Notes: generated by a model not told the origin, from the letters alone. A stretch of 64,000 nt of DNA from a virus (IMGVR_UViG_3300034071_001727:460-64459), one strand, 5' to 3'. Counted from the stretch's first letter, positions 1 through 10,770 are shown. A program made the numbers and translations.

Positions 1-133
1 CGCGCACCACTACGGGTACATCCGCGGCACCGAAGGCAAGGACGGCGATCACGTTGACGTCTTCCTCGGCCCCGACGCCGAGAACGCGGACCTGCCGGTG
101 TTCGTGGTCGACCAGGTGACGCAGGCCGGGCGC
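1..133. repeat. Terminal direct repeat, left copy (matches 63868-64000)
   Basis: Aligned by eye at offset 63867; mismatches at positions 1 and 34. Confidence 0.95.
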
Positions 134-3100
134 TTCGACGAGCACAAGGTCATGATGGGCTTCGCCGACGAGGCGGCTGCGCGCGAGGGCTATCTGGCCA
201 ACTACTCGCCGGGCTGGTCTGGCCTGGGCGACATCACGCAGATGGCGCTGGCGGACTTCAAGGTGTGGGTCATGGATCCAGCGCGGACCACCAAGCGCGC
301 GAGTCAGGCAGATTCTTTCGACGCCCGAGCCGCTTGGGAAGCAACGTCCAAGCCGGATCGCGCGCGAATGATCGACCGCTTTTTCGGTGAAGGACTGACC
401 GATGCAGGCGAACGCTACAGCGGTCGCACCTGGGAGCAGTTCAACGTGGGCGAACAAAGCACGCTTTCAGCTTTGCTGAAGGCTGCAGCCAATGCAGGCC
501 GCAGGGAGCCAGATGGCGCACAGCAAGAAGCTGCACCGGCCATCACGCGAGAACAGGAAGCAGCGCTCTACGAGTACCTGCGCGAACAGACCGAAGGCGA
601 CGCGCTGCGCTACCAGCTACTCGCCCAGAAGTTCCAGCGCGTTGCCGATGACCGGGCCAGCGAAGAAGACACACGGATCACCCTAGACTGGCTGCAGTCG
701 ATGGCCGAAGACGGCACAGAGAAGCAGCGACTGGCGGCGGAGGGCAAGGCCAAGGCTCAAGCTGACGCTGCAGAGAGTGAGCGCATTGCCGCGGAGCGAG
801 CGGCGGAGTCGCTGTCAGATCTTCGCGCAGGCAAAGCCGGCAATGAGCGCTATGCGCTGTTCCTGTCCACGCTGAGCCAGTCCGAGCGCGACGCCATCGA
901 AACGGTGGCCGGGTTCAACACGCGGTACATGGCATTTATCAGCGCTCGATCGGCTGAGTTCAAAGCGAAGGGACGCAGTGACAGCATCAATGACCAAGAT
1001 GCGTTCACGGCGCACATTCGAGCTTGGGTCGAGGGTCAGAAGCCCGCCGAAGTCAGCCCCAAGTCGACCAGCAAGACCCCCACCGTTGACCACCACATTG
1101 CCGTGATGGACGCAGTGCGCGACGGGACAGGCGATCTTGAGGCCTACCGGCAGAGCTTCGCCGCCCTCGCTGATGCACCGGAGGCGGTCAAGGCCGAGCT
1201 GGCCACGAAGACGAAGGACGAGCTGTTGAAGGCGGGCGGCCGGAACTTCTACGCGCGCTACAAGCCCGAAAAGAAAGACACGATCATCGCGGCGTTCTAC
1301 CGTGATCTTCTGGCCGAGTATGCGCTGGGCAAGTCTTATGGGCCGACCAGCTACTACATGACGCGCGGCGGCATGGCCGAGCACGAACGACTGAAAGCCG
1401 AGGCCCTGCGCGAGCTGGTAGCCGGGCAGACCGCCGAGACGCTGGCCGAGTACGCCGCAGAAGTGAAGGCCGCGCGCGCCGAATACAGCGAACGGTTGGC
1501 GGCGCGAAAGCAGGCGGTCACGGAGCCGAAGTCGCTCGACGACTTCCGGCAGGCCTTGAGCTTCCACATGGGGCAGGGCAAGACCCGCGACGAGGCGTTT
1601 CGCGAGCTGTCGCCCGAACAGCGCATCCGCTATGACGAGCTCGAAGCTGAGAGCACCCGCGAAGCGCGGGAAGCCCGCAAGCGTGAGGCGCGCACCAGCG
1701 TGCGGGCGGCCGGGCAGTCCACCAGCGGGCAAATCATCGAGACGAAGCACACCCGTGAGGGCTACGACCTGTTCGTGGTGCAGCTGTCCGACCGGCTGAG
1801 CCGCGAGGACTACCAGACCATGCTGGGGTCGGCCAAGCGCTTGGGCGGCTGGTACAGCAGCTTCCGCGGGCGCGGCGCCGTCTCCGGCTTTCAGTTCAAG
1901 GAGCGAGCCAGCGCCGAGGCCTTCGTGCAGCTGGCCGGCGGCGACACGCAGGCGGCGCAGGCACAGGCCGATCAGCGGCGTGATTCGTTCCAGGATGACC
2001 GCAGCCAGTCCGCCGTCGAGCGCTTGCGCGAAATGGCTGATCGCATCGAAGAGCGTGCAGACGATGCGCTGGGCGCCGATCGCAAAGTGAACACCGACCG
2101 CCGCGCTCGAATGGCGGCATCGGCAGAGCGGGCGGCGCAATCGGAGAAGGCACTGGCGCGCACCATGCGCAACATCGCTACTGCTATCGAAGCCGGCGAC
2201 GCCAAGTTTCTGGACGCGGTGCGGACGAAGACACAGGTAGAGCTGCTGGCCACCGAAGTCGGGTCGGCAAAGTACGAAGAGCTGCGCGCGAAGCACCCGA
2301 CCTACGCTGAGCAGGAGCGCCGCCGCGGTGAGCCGCCGACCGACGAGACGGCCGACTATGCGAAGTGGCCGACCTTCACCGCGTTCCGGTCGGACCTGGC
2401 CACGCTGGGGCGCCAGCTGTCTGACGTCGAAGGCACGAAGAAGCTGGGGCAGCAGATCCTCAGCGTCGCTGACGACGTGACCGATGCGTTCATCGACTTC
2501 GCCAAGGAAAACCCGCTCAACCTGGCCAAGCTGTCCACGATCGGCGTAGGCGACAAGGTGGCCGAGTTCGCCAACCGCGAGGCCGCAGAGCGCGCCATCC
2601 GTCGCAGCAAGCTGGTCGGAAAGGCCATCGTGCTGCCAATCAAGCGCGGCGTGAACCGCGTCATCATGAGCCCGAGCGAGGCCATGGCGCGCGGAGTCTG
2701 GCAAGGCGACGGCGACAAGCGCATCACACTGACCGGTGAGTTCGGCAGCAAGCTGGTCGAGACGATCGGCCGGCGAGCCAACGCGCAGAACCGGCTGTCT
2801 GTGCCTTGGCAGTTCGAAAGCGCCTACCAGAAGCGCAAGGCCCTGGCTCGCCTCGGCATCGAGACGCCCAGCGAGTTCCGCTCAGCGCTGCGTGAGTTCA
2901 TCCGCCTGCAGGAGCGCGCCACATCCAACCGTGTGCGCGAGCTTGAGCTGTCGATGGTCGGCCGCAAGAACGACGGGCTCGACTTCTTCCCGACGCCGCA
3001 GGGCGTGGCCGACCAGATGGTTGAGGCTGCAGAGATCACCCCCGACATGGCGGTGCTGGAACCCAGCGCAGGCATGGGGCACCTGGCCGACCGCATTCGC

Positions 3101-6100
3101 GCTGCTGGTGCTGAGCCGGACGTCATGGAGATCAGCCAAGAGCGCAGGCAGCTGCTGGAAGAGAAGGGCTATCACCTGGCTGAGGTCAACGACTTCTTGG
3201 CGCTGGAGCCGCGGAAGTTCTTCACGTTCGGCGACGTGTTCCGAGCGCCGGACGGCACTGAGGGCATCATGCGCGGGCAGGGCGGCATGGGTAGCCAGCG
3301 CATCCGCCTGGAAGACGAAGAAGGCCGCGGGCTTGGCACATTCGATCGCTCAGATCTTGAGGGCGTGCGCCATCGCGGCGTTGCCAGCGGCTACGACCGC
3401 ATCATCATGAACCCGCCTTTCAGCAAGCGCCGCGATGCGGAGCATGTGCGGCACGCCTACGAACTGCTGCGGCCGGGCGGCCGTATCGTCGCGATCATGG
3501 GCGAAGGCGTGTTCTTCGGCTCAGACGCGAAGGCTCAGGAGTTCCGCGAGTGGCTGGAGTCGGTCGGCGGCACGAGCGAAAAGCTCGAGGCCGGCAGCTT
3601 CATGGACGCATCGCTGCCCGTGAACACCGGCGTCAATGCGCGGATGGTGGTCATCGACAAGGCCGATCCGAACGCTGCAGCGGCGCCTGACGAGCAGGCA
3701 GCAGATCCCGAAGCAGACGGCCCGGCGCTGTTCTCGCTGCCGGACCCCGAGCCGCAGCCGGTGTTCTACTCGGCCGCTGCGCGCGCGATCGAGGAAGGCA
3801 AGGGCGCGCCCAAGAAGGGTGACGCAGCAGCCTGGAAGGGCTGGCTCGACGGCGCTGTGCGCCGCGGCGACATGAAGCAGAGCGAGCGCGATTGGCTGGA
3901 CATCGACGGCTGGCTTGATCGCCAGGAATCGAACTGGTCAGTTGTGGACAGCAGGGGGCGAGAGGTCGCCAGCTCCGATGACCGAGGCCGCGCGCTGGCA
4001 AACGCAAAGCGCAGGACGGAGAAAGGCGAGAAGCACGACATTCGCCCCATGGCCATCACGCGCGAGGCGCTGGCTGAGTTCGTGCGGGCGAATGAGGTTC
4101 GGGTCAGCGAGGTGGTGCTTGGCAACAAGGACAAGGCGGGCGAGTGGGAGCCGACCAAGGGCGGGTTCCGCCGCAGGATCGGCAACCGCTGGACTCACGT
4201 CTGGAATCCCGACAGCAAAGGCAATGTTTATGGTGCTGGACCGAGCGGGTTTCAGCGCAGGTTCGAGAGCGTGGACGAAGCCAAAGCGCACTTTGATTCG
4301 CTGGACATTGCTTCGTCAACGAAGCCGGTTAAGTTCGCCAAGCACCGCACCCCCGGCGGAGAGAACTACCGTGAGCTGCTGCTGATGCTTCCGAGCGAGC
4401 AGGTTTCGTTCAATCTTCAATGGGAACAGCAGACCGATGACATGCTCACGGCCGATCTCCCAAGCGGCCGTTTGGCGCTGATCGTCTACGACCGCCAAGC
4501 GCCCGAGAACGGGGCGACGCTCAATACCACCGACCAAGACGGCGAGGCCGGAACACCAGAGGTGCAGTATCCAAGCGTCGATGCGGCCAAAGACGCGGCG
4601 CGCGCCATGGTTGTATCCCGCAACGAGGATAAGCCTGGATACCGGTCAAGCCATTGGGACCAGCCCAACGTGCTCGCCCACATCCGCATGGACGAGCGCA
4701 CCGATGCCGAAGGCCGCCGCGTGCTGTTCGTGCAGGAGATTCAGAGCGATTGGCACCAGGCTGGGCGGAAGAAGGGATACAAGTCGCAATCGCTCCCGGC
4801 AGAGAACTTCGTCAAGAAGGTGGGCGACGAGTTCTTTGTATGGACCCGCGCAGTCGATCAACGGGAATGGACTCAGCCCGGCGCCACTGAGGCAGAGGCT
4901 GTAAGCAACTTCCTGTCCGACCAAGCTCGGGACACTCGCGTCCCAAACGCCCCCCTCAAGTCCACCGACGAATGGGCCATGCTCGCCTTCAAGCGCGCCG
5001 CTCGCTGGGCCGTGGACAACGGGTTCGACCGCATCGCCTGGGCGACCGGCGAGCAGAATGCCGAGCTGTTCGACCTGAGCAAGCGGATCAGTCGAGTCGA
5101 GTACACCGGCAACGGCACTCTGTTTGCCGATGACCTTCGTGGCAATCGCGTAATCAACGAGATTGTCAAAGAGGACAAGTTGCCGGACTACATCGGCAAG
5201 GAGGCCGCCGAAAAATTGCTCGCGCAAGAGCCAAAGGAAACCAGGAGTCCGACCGGGCTTCCGACGAAGCCTAGCCGGTTTCTTGAAGGCATCGACCTCA
5301 AGATCGGCGGCGAAGGTATGCGCGGCTTCTACGACAAGATCCTGCCGGCGGCCGTAGGCAAGTGGGCCAAGAAGTTCGGCGGCAAGGTCGGCTCTGCGGA
5401 GTTCATCGGCATCGAGGGTCCGAACGATGCCACCCGCGTGCATGCGATCGACATCACGCCGGCCATGGTCGATGCGATTGCGACAGGTCAGCCGCTGTTT
5501 TCGGGAATTCCCGGCCAGCCTGCGCGCGCGCTTGGCGTTGCGCCATCCCAGCTGCAGGCCGCTATCGCCAACGTCATCCGCGGCTGGAACGCTGACACCG
5601 CGCCGCGGGTGCGTGTGCTCGCCGACCCCGAGGGTCTGCCGGCGCGGGCGAAGCGTGATCCGCGCTACCGCATGGCGGAGGGCTTCTACGATCAGGGCAA
5701 CCGCACCGTCTACCTGATCGCGTCCAACCTGCCGACCGAACGCCGCGCCCTGCAGGTGCTGGCGCACGAGGCGGTGGGCCACTACGGCATGGAGGCGATC
5801 ACCGGGCCCGAGCTGTGGGCAGAGCTCGAGTCCGCTGTGGCGCGACTGGAGACGACCGCCACCGGCAAGGTGGGCGAGGCTTTGGCCAGCGCGCGCCGCC
5901 GCTACGCGGGCGCGGATCGAGCCACCTTCACGAAGGAGGCCATTGCGGTCCTGGCCGAGCGTGGAGTGCAGAACAGCATCGTCTCGCGTGTCGTGGCTTC
6001 GGTGCGCCGCTTCCTGCGCTCGCTGGGCTTCGACCTGCGCCTGTCGGAGTCGGACATCCTCGCCATGCTCCGCGACAGCGCTCGCTATCTCGAGCGCGGC

Positions 6101-9100
6101 CGACAGGTCGCGGCCGATCAGCCGGTGACGGGCGCCGCGTTCGCTCGCCCTGACCTGGACCCGAAGCGCCGCGTTCCCGTGATCGAAGCCAAGGCCAATG
6201 CCTACGGCCCGACCGGCGATGCTGAGCAGGTCCGTGCTGCGCGTGCAGCTGCCCGCGCGGATCTCAACACGCAACGCAAGGCGGGCACGAAATGGACCAA
6301 CGCCGAGAGCGGCATGCGCTTCCGACTGTCGAGCGACGGCATCGGCGAGCTGCTGTCCTGGACGGCTGACCCGTCAAAGCTGGACATGCTGGCCGCCCTG
6401 CAGCAGATCACCGAGCAGGGCATCGTCGCGCGCGTGGAATCAAGCCGAGTGGCGTCGCGTCAGGCTGGGCAGCCAGCGCAGGCGCAGACCTGGGCGACGC
6501 TCTATGCGCCGGTGAAGGTAGGGGGGAAGCTCAAGATCGCGCGCATGGTGGCGAAGGACGCCGGCGGCGGGGCTTTCGTCTACGACCTGCAACACTCGAC
6601 GGTGTTGGACCCCACGGATGCCGCCAGCGATTTGCCTGCTACCGAATCAGGTTCTACCGGCGGCCCCGCAGGGCGAGCGATGACGGTATCCCAGCTGCGC
6701 GCCATGGTCAACGCTGACGCGCGCGAGGCTTGGAACTGGTCGATGCCGGCCGATCAGCTGCCGGGCCTCACGGTGCCTGAGCGCACCACGGCCGCGGGCG
6801 TGCTGCGCACGATGGCCGAGCAGGGCGGGCTGTTCCGCTACCCGCCCAGCCGCGCGGGCGACCTGGCCACGGTCTTCGAGGAAGTGACCGAGGGCACCGT
6901 GTCCGCCACCTACAAGGGCGAGACGCTGGCCAACTTCACCGAAGACCTGGAGGACATGGCCGAGGTCCAGAAGTGGGAGCTGCGCACGAAGGACGGCCGC
7001 CCGATGTTCGTGTACGTCGAGGTCGGCGGCGAGAACCGCATGTACGTGGATGCCTCGCCGGGCCGCAGCGGCGCCAGCATGGGCAGCGCGGTCTATGCCG
7101 CCCTGTTCCAGTACGCGCTGAATGACGGCAAGGTGCTGATCGGCGACCCGAACGGACTGAGCCCCGAGGCGCTGCTGCGCCGGACGGAACACATGCTGTC
7201 CGCTGCGCTCAAGCACGGCACGACCCGCATGATGGCGCCGCACCCGCGACAGGTCGACCCGACGCAAGGCCAGTGGGACAGCGGCCCGCAGGCCTGGGCG
7301 CACCCGCTGCGCTGGGAGCCCGGCAACGATGACGCCAACCTGCGCGCGCTGATCGAGACGACGCACCACAACGCGGCGGCCTTCCTGCGCGGTACTGACG
7401 GCGAGGGTGCCGTCTACAGCTTTCCCGCCAAGAAGTTCCTGACCCGGGACGGGCGCGAGCTCACGCAGGCGGACATCGCCCGTATCAGCAAGCAGGCCGG
7501 CAAGAGCTGGCGCGCGGGCCTGGCGGAACCGCTGGGCAACCCGAACGTGTCCCTGATCGGCCCCACCACCGTGGCGCGCTCGATCATCGCCGGGACGCTG
7601 CTGCGCGCCGAGGACAGTCAGCTCGCAAAGCCGCTGCTGGCCGACATGAACCGACGCGCGCAGGCGGGCGCCGCTGCGCCTGCCGAAGGCCTGTTCTACA
7701 GCCTGCGCGAACCGGAGGCCATGGGCGCGAACGCGGACCCGCGCGGCTTCCTGGCGCGTCTCGGCGCACTGATGAAGCCGGAGAACCTGACCCTGCGCGA
7801 GGCGATCGCCGCAAAGCTGCAGGACGTCACGCCGGCCGCGTTGGGCGCGCTGACCCTGCGCCACATCGCCGAGCTGGGCAAGAAGTACCTGCCGCAGCTG
7901 CCGAGCTACATCGACAACCTGAACCGGATGCAGACCGACCGGAACATCCTGCAGGAGGAAGGCAACGAGCTGGCCGAGAAGTGGCGCGGCATGCAGGTCA
8001 AGGACCGCCAGAGCGCCGAGCAGATGGCCGACCTGATGCACGACGCCACCATCGAGGGCGTGGATCCGGCCGAGGAATACCAGCCGCTGACCATGGTGAA
8101 CCTGAGCCGCGAGACGGTGCCGATCACCGATGCCGCGGTGCGCGACCACATCAAACGCAAGCGCGCGCAGTTCCGCAGCCGGCCGGGCGACGACAAGCGG
8201 GCCGAGTTCGAGGAAATCAAGGTGCTGCGCCAGAAGCTGGCCGCGGAGAAGCGCCGTCGCCGCACGTACCCGCAGCTGGTGGCCCGCTGGAATCAGCTGC
8301 CGGCGGAGTGGAAAGAGCTCTACCGCGAAGCGCGCGACATGTATTCGAAGCGCTCCGACCAGACGCTTGAGGCGCTGATGGCGCGCATCGGCGACCTGGA
8401 CATGGAAGACGAGCAGAAGCGGAAGACCGGCGCGCAGATTCGCCTGATGTTTGAGCAGGCGCGGCTGTCTGGCCCCTACTTCCCGCTGCAGCGCTTCGGC
8501 AGCTATTGGGTGGCCGCCAAGAATCCCGACACCGGCAAACGCGACTTCTTCATGTTCGAGTCGGCGGCGGATCAGCTGGCCGGCCAGCGTGACCTGCAGG
8601 TGCAGGGCTACACGGACTTGGCGTCGGGCAAGAAGCTCGAACAGGCGCGCGATGCGTTCGGCGCCGGCGAAGGCTTCATGACGGAAGTTCAGCGCAAGCT
8701 GCAAAAGGCGCGCGTGCCGCCAGAACTGCAGGATGAAATCTGGCAGCTGTACCTGCACACGCTGCCGGACCTGAGCCAGCGAAAGCACATGATCCACCGC
8801 AAGAAGGTGGCCGGCTACAACCCGGACGCCCTGCGCGCCTTCGCGGCCAACGCCAACCACGGCGCCTATCAGGTCGCGCGCCTGCGCTACGGCCACAAAA
8901 TGCAGCGGCTGGTCATGCAGGCGAAGACCTGGGCGGACTCGAGCGCGAAGACCGATCAGGGCAACCAAGCGAGCATCTACTACAACGAGCTGGTGAAGCG
9001 GCACGATTGGGTCATGAACCCCAGCGACAGCGCGCTGGTGAACAAGATCAGCGGGCTGGGCTTTGCGTGGTATCTGGGCGTGACCCCGGGCGCGGCGATG

Positions 9101-10549
9101 GTGAACCTGACGCAGACCGCCATCGTGGCCGGGCCCGTGCTCGCCAGCCGCTTCGGTGCGGCGAAGTCGATGAACGCCCTGATGAAGGGCATGCGCGACT
9201 CGATCCGCACCGGGGGCAACATCGAGCGCACGCTTCGGGACGAAGAGCTGCGGGCCTACCAGGCCATGCGCGCATCGGGCGCGATCGACAAGACGCAGGC
9301 GCACAACCTGGCCGGCATCGCCGAAGTCGACAGCGCCCAATACAGCGACAGCTGGCACCGCGTCATGAAGGGGATCAGCTACCTGTTCCACAAAGCCGAA
9401 GTCGTGAACCGCGAGGCCACCGGCATGGCCGCGTACCGGCTGGGCCGAGAGCAGGGCATGAGCTTCGATGCGGCCGTGCAGTACGCTGAGGACATCATCT
9501 GGGAGTCGCACTTCGACTACTCGAACGCGAACCGCGCGCGCTTCATGCAGTCCGGCGCGGCCAAGGTGCTGCTGATGTTCCGGCAGTACAGCCTGAGCAT
9601 GAGCTACTTCCTGTGGCGCAACTTCTACCAGACCTTCAAGGGGGAAAGCCCCAAGATCAAGCAGGAGGCGCGGCGCAAGCTGCTGGGCGTTCTGGGCATG
9701 ACGTCGGTGTTCTCCGGCGCGCTGGGCCTGCCCGCCATGAGCATGGTGTTCGGCGTCGCCAACGCCCTGGCCGATGCGCTGGGCGATGACGAGGATCCGC
9801 CGTTCGATGCCGAGGCCGAATTCCGCAACTTCCTGACCGACTTCATGGGCGCCGACGTCGCGCGGCTGATCGCCCGCGGCCCGGTGAACTTCGTCACCGG
9901 TGCGGACATCGCCAGCCGCGTCACGCTCGACGGGCTGTGGCTGCGCGAGCCGGAGCGCGAGCTCGAGGGCAAGGCGCTGGCCAACTACTGGCTGGAGCAG
10001 GCTGCGGGCCCGATCGGCGGCATCTTCGTCAACGCGATGCAGGGGCTCAGCCTGTTCCAGCAGGGCGAGGCTTGGCGCGGCGTGGAAGCGATGACCCCGA
10101 AGTTCGTGAAGGACGCGCTGCGCTCAATCCGCTACTCGACCGAAGGCGTGAACACGCTCCGCGGCGATGCGCTGATCCCCGACCTGTCGCCGGCACAGAC
10201 CGTGTTGCAGCTGGCTGGCCTGGCGCCGGCGCAGGTCAACGAGCGCTACGACGCGAACAACGCCATCAAGCGCTACGAGGAATCGATCCTGCGCAGCCGC
10301 CAGCGGCTGTTGGACGGCTTCGCCCTGGCTGTGCGGCTGGAAGACGACCGCATGCGCGACAGCACCCTGCAGCGCATCCGGGCGTTCAACGCGGCCAACC
10401 CGGAGATTCCCATCGACGCGAAGACCATCCGCACCAGCCTGCAGGCGCGCGCGCGCTACACGGAACGCAGCCTGGGCGGCGTCGCGGTCAATTCGAAGAT
10501 CGAAGCGCGGGCGCGCGAGCAGGGTAGGTTTGCCGAGGATCAGCCGTGA
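2..10549 (+). CDS. 3' part of giant virion-delivered polyvalent protein (InPase-like end, N6-adenine MTase, LPD/nuclease-like, zincin peptidase, possible GNAT-like, PLxRFG C-terminus)
   Basis: The frame is open from base 2 and continuous with 60158-64000 through the terminal overlap. Motifs: DVFLGP..VFVVDQ..FDEHKVMMGF; DFFPTP..VLEPSAGMG..IIMNPPF; VQEIQSDW; LAHEAVGH; YFPLQRFG. Confidence 0.85.
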   Translation, partial: AHHYGYIRGTEGKDGDHVDVFLGPDAENADLPVFVVDQVTQAGRFDEHKVMMGFADEAAAREGYLANYSPGWSGLGDITQMALADFKVWVMDPARTTKRASQADSFDARAAWEATSKPDRARMIDRFFGEGLTDAGERYSGRTWEQFNVGEQSTLSALLKAAANAGRREPDGAQQEAAPAITREQEAALYEYLREQTEGDALRYQLLAQKFQRVADDRASEEDTRITLDWLQSMAEDGTEKQRLAAEGKAKAQADAAESERIAAERAAESLSDLRAGKAGNERYALFLSTLSQSERDAIETVAGFNTRYMAFISARSAEFKAKGRSDSINDQDAFTAHIRAWVEGQKPAEVSPKSTSKTPTVDHHIAVMDAVRDGTGDLEAYRQSFAALADAPEAVKAELATKTKDELLKAGGRNFYARYKPEKKDTIIAAFYRDLLAEYALGKSYGPTSYYMTRGGMAEHERLKAEALRELVAGQTAETLAEYAAEVKAARAEYSERLAARKQAVTEPKSLDDFRQALSFHMGQGKTRDEAFRELSPEQRIRYDELEAESTREAREARKREARTSVRAAGQSTSGQIIETKHTREGYDLFVVQLSDRLSREDYQTMLGSAKRLGGWYSSFRGRGAVSGFQFKERASAEAFVQLAGGDTQAAQAQADQRRDSFQDDRSQSAVERLREMADRIEERADDALGADRKVNTDRRARMAASAERAAQSEKALARTMRNIATAIEAGDAKFLDAVRTKTQVELLATEVGSAKYEELRAKHPTYAEQERRRGEPPTDETADYAKWPTFTAFRSDLATLGRQLSDVEGTKKLGQQILSVADDVTDAFIDFAKENPLNLAKLSTIGVGDKVAEFANREAAERAIRRSKLVGKAIVLPIKRGVNRVIMSPSEAMARGVWQGDGDKRITLTGEFGSKLVETIGRRANAQNRLSVPWQFESAYQKRKALARLGIETPSEFRSALREFIRLQERATSNRVRELELSMVGRKNDGLDFFPTPQGVADQMVEAAEITPDMAVLEPSAGMGHLADRIRAAGAEPDVMEISQERRQLLEEKGYHLAEVNDFLALEPRKFFTFGDVFRAPDGTEGIMRGQGGMGSQRIRLEDEEGRGLGTFDRSDLEGVRHRGVASGYDRIIMNPPFSKRRDAEHVRHAYELLRPGGRIVAIMGEGVFFGSDAKAQEFREWLESVGGTSEKLEAGSFMDASLPVNTGVNARMVVIDKADPNAAAAPDEQAADPEADGPALFSLPDPEPQPVFYSAAARAIEEGKGAPKKGDAAAWKGWLDGAVRRGDMKQSERDWLDIDGWLDRQESNWSVVDSRGREVASSDDRGRALANAKRRTEKGEKHDIRPMAITREALAEFVRANEVRVSEVVLGNKDKAGEWEPTKGGFRRRIGNRWTHVWNPDSKGNVYGAGPSGFQRRFESVDEAKAHFDSLDIASSTKPVKFAKHRTPGGENYRELLLMLPSEQVSFNLQWEQQTDDMLTADLPSGRLALIVYDRQAPENGATLNTTDQDGEAGTPEVQYPSVDAAKDAARAMVVSRNEDKPGYRSSHWDQPNVLAHIRMDERTDAEGRRVLFVQEIQSDWHQAGRKKGYKSQSLPAENFVKKVGDEFFVWTRAVDQREWTQPGATEAEAVSNFLSDQARDTRVPNAPLKSTDEWAMLAFKRAARWAVDNGFDRIAWATGEQNAELFDLSKRISRVEYTGNGTLFADDLRGNRVINEIVKEDKLPDYIGKEAAEKLLAQEPKETRSPTGLPTKPSRFLEGIDLKIGGEGMRGFYDKILPAAVGKWAKKFGGKVGSAEFIGIEGPNDATRVHAIDITPAMVDAIATGQPLFSGIPGQPARALGVAPSQLQAAIANVIRGWNADTAPRVRVLADPEGLPARAKRDPRYRMAEGFYDQGNRTVYLIASNLPTERRALQVLAHEAVGHYGMEAITGPELWAELESAVARLETTATGKVGEALASARRRYAGADRATFTKEAIAVLAERGVQNSIVSRVVASVRRFLRSLGFDLRLSESDILAMLRDSARYLERGRQVAADQPVTGAAFARPDLDPKRRVPVIEAKANAYGPTGDAEQVRAARAAARADLNTQRKAGTKWTNAESGMRFRLSSDGIGELLSWTADPSKLDMLAALQQITEQGIVARVESSRVASRQAGQPAQAQTWATLYAPVKVGGKLKIARMVAKDAGGGAFVYDLQHSTVLDPTDAASDLPATESGSTGGPAGRAMTVSQLRAMVNADAREAWNWSMPADQLPGLTVPERTTAAGVLRTMAEQGGLFRYPPSRAGDLATVFEEVTEGTVSATYKGETLANFTEDLEDMAEVQKWELRTKDGRPMFVYVEVGGENRMYVDASPGRSGASMGSAVYAALFQYALNDGKVLIGDPNGLSPEALLRRTEHMLSAALKHGTTRMMAPHPRQVDPTQGQWDSGPQAWAHPLRWEPGNDDANLRALIETTHHNAAAFLRGTDGEGAVYSFPAKKFLTRDGRELTQADIARISKQAGKSWRAGLAEPLGNPNVSLIGPTTVARSIIAGTLLRAEDSQLAKPLLADMNRRAQAGAAAPAEGLFYSLREPEAMGANADPRGFLARLGALMKPENLTLREAIAAKLQDVTPAALGALTLRHIAELGKKYLPQLPSYIDNLNRMQTDRNILQEEGNELAEKWRGMQVKDRQSAEQMADLMHDATIEGVDPAEEYQPLTMVNLSRETVPITDAAVRDHIKRKRAQFRSRPGDDKRAEFEEIKVLRQKLAAEKRRRRTYPQLVARWNQLPAEWKELYREARDMYSKRSDQTLEALMARIGDLDMEDEQKRKTGAQIRLMFEQARLSGPYFPLQRFGSYWVAAKNPDTGKRDFFMFESAADQLAGQRDLQVQGYTDLASGKKLEQARDAFGAGEGFMTEVQRKLQKARVPPELQDEIWQLYLHTLPDLSQRKHMIHRKKVAGYNPDALRAFAANANHGAYQVARLRYGHKMQRLVMQAKTWADSSAKTDQGNQASIYYNELVKRHDWVMNPSDSALVNKISGLGFAWYLGVTPGAAMVNLTQTAIVAGPVLASRFGAAKSMNALMKGMRDSIRTGGNIERTLRDEELRAYQAMRASGAIDKTQAHNLAGIAEVDSAQYSDSWHRVMKGISYLFHKAEVVNREATGMAAYRLGREQGMSFDAAVQYAEDIIWESHFDYSNANRARFMQSGAAKVLLMFRQYSLSMSYFLWRNFYQTFKGESPKIKQEARRKLLGVLGMTSVFSGALGLPAMSMVFGVANALADALGDDEDPPFDAEAEFRNFLTDFMGADVARLIARGPVNFVTGADIASRVTLDGLWLREPERELEGKALANYWLEQAAGPIGGIFVNAMQGLSLFQQGEAWRGVEAMTPKFVKDALRSIRYSTEGVNTLRGDALIPDLSPAQTVLQLAGLAPAQVNERYDANNAIKRYEESILRSRQRLLDGFALAVRLEDDRMRDSTLQRIRAFNAANPEIPIDAKTIRTSLQARARYTERSLGGVAVNSKIEARAREQGRFAEDQP

Positions 10550-10770
10550 GCAGCAACGTGATCGAAGCGTTCCCGGCGCACCCGCGCATGACCATCGAGC
10601 AGGCGCTACGAGAAGCCGAATCCGTCCAGCTGGCAGAAGTGCTGGTGCTTGGCGTAGACCAAGATGGGCAGCTGTTCGTGCGTAGTGGCAGCCATGACGG
10701 TGCCGGGATCAGCGATCGCGATGCGGTGTGGATGCTGGAAGCAGCGAAGCTGTACGCCTTCCGGCGCTGA
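10546..10770 (+). CDS. Hypothetical phage protein (74 aa)
   Basis: GTGA overlap with the giant gene stop; GAGG upstream. Confidence 0.7.
   Translation: MSSNVIEAFPAHPRMTIEQALREAESVQLAEVLVLGVDQDGQLFVRSGSHDGAGISDRDAVWMLEAAKLYAFRR

Noticed and set aside
6647-9511. Very long antisense ORFs (also 815-2704, 4646-6274, 48955-50397, 50452-51996, 58640-60307, 61841-63919)
   Set aside because: These are mirror frames of high-GC3 genes with no recognisable motifs, as expected at this GC content.
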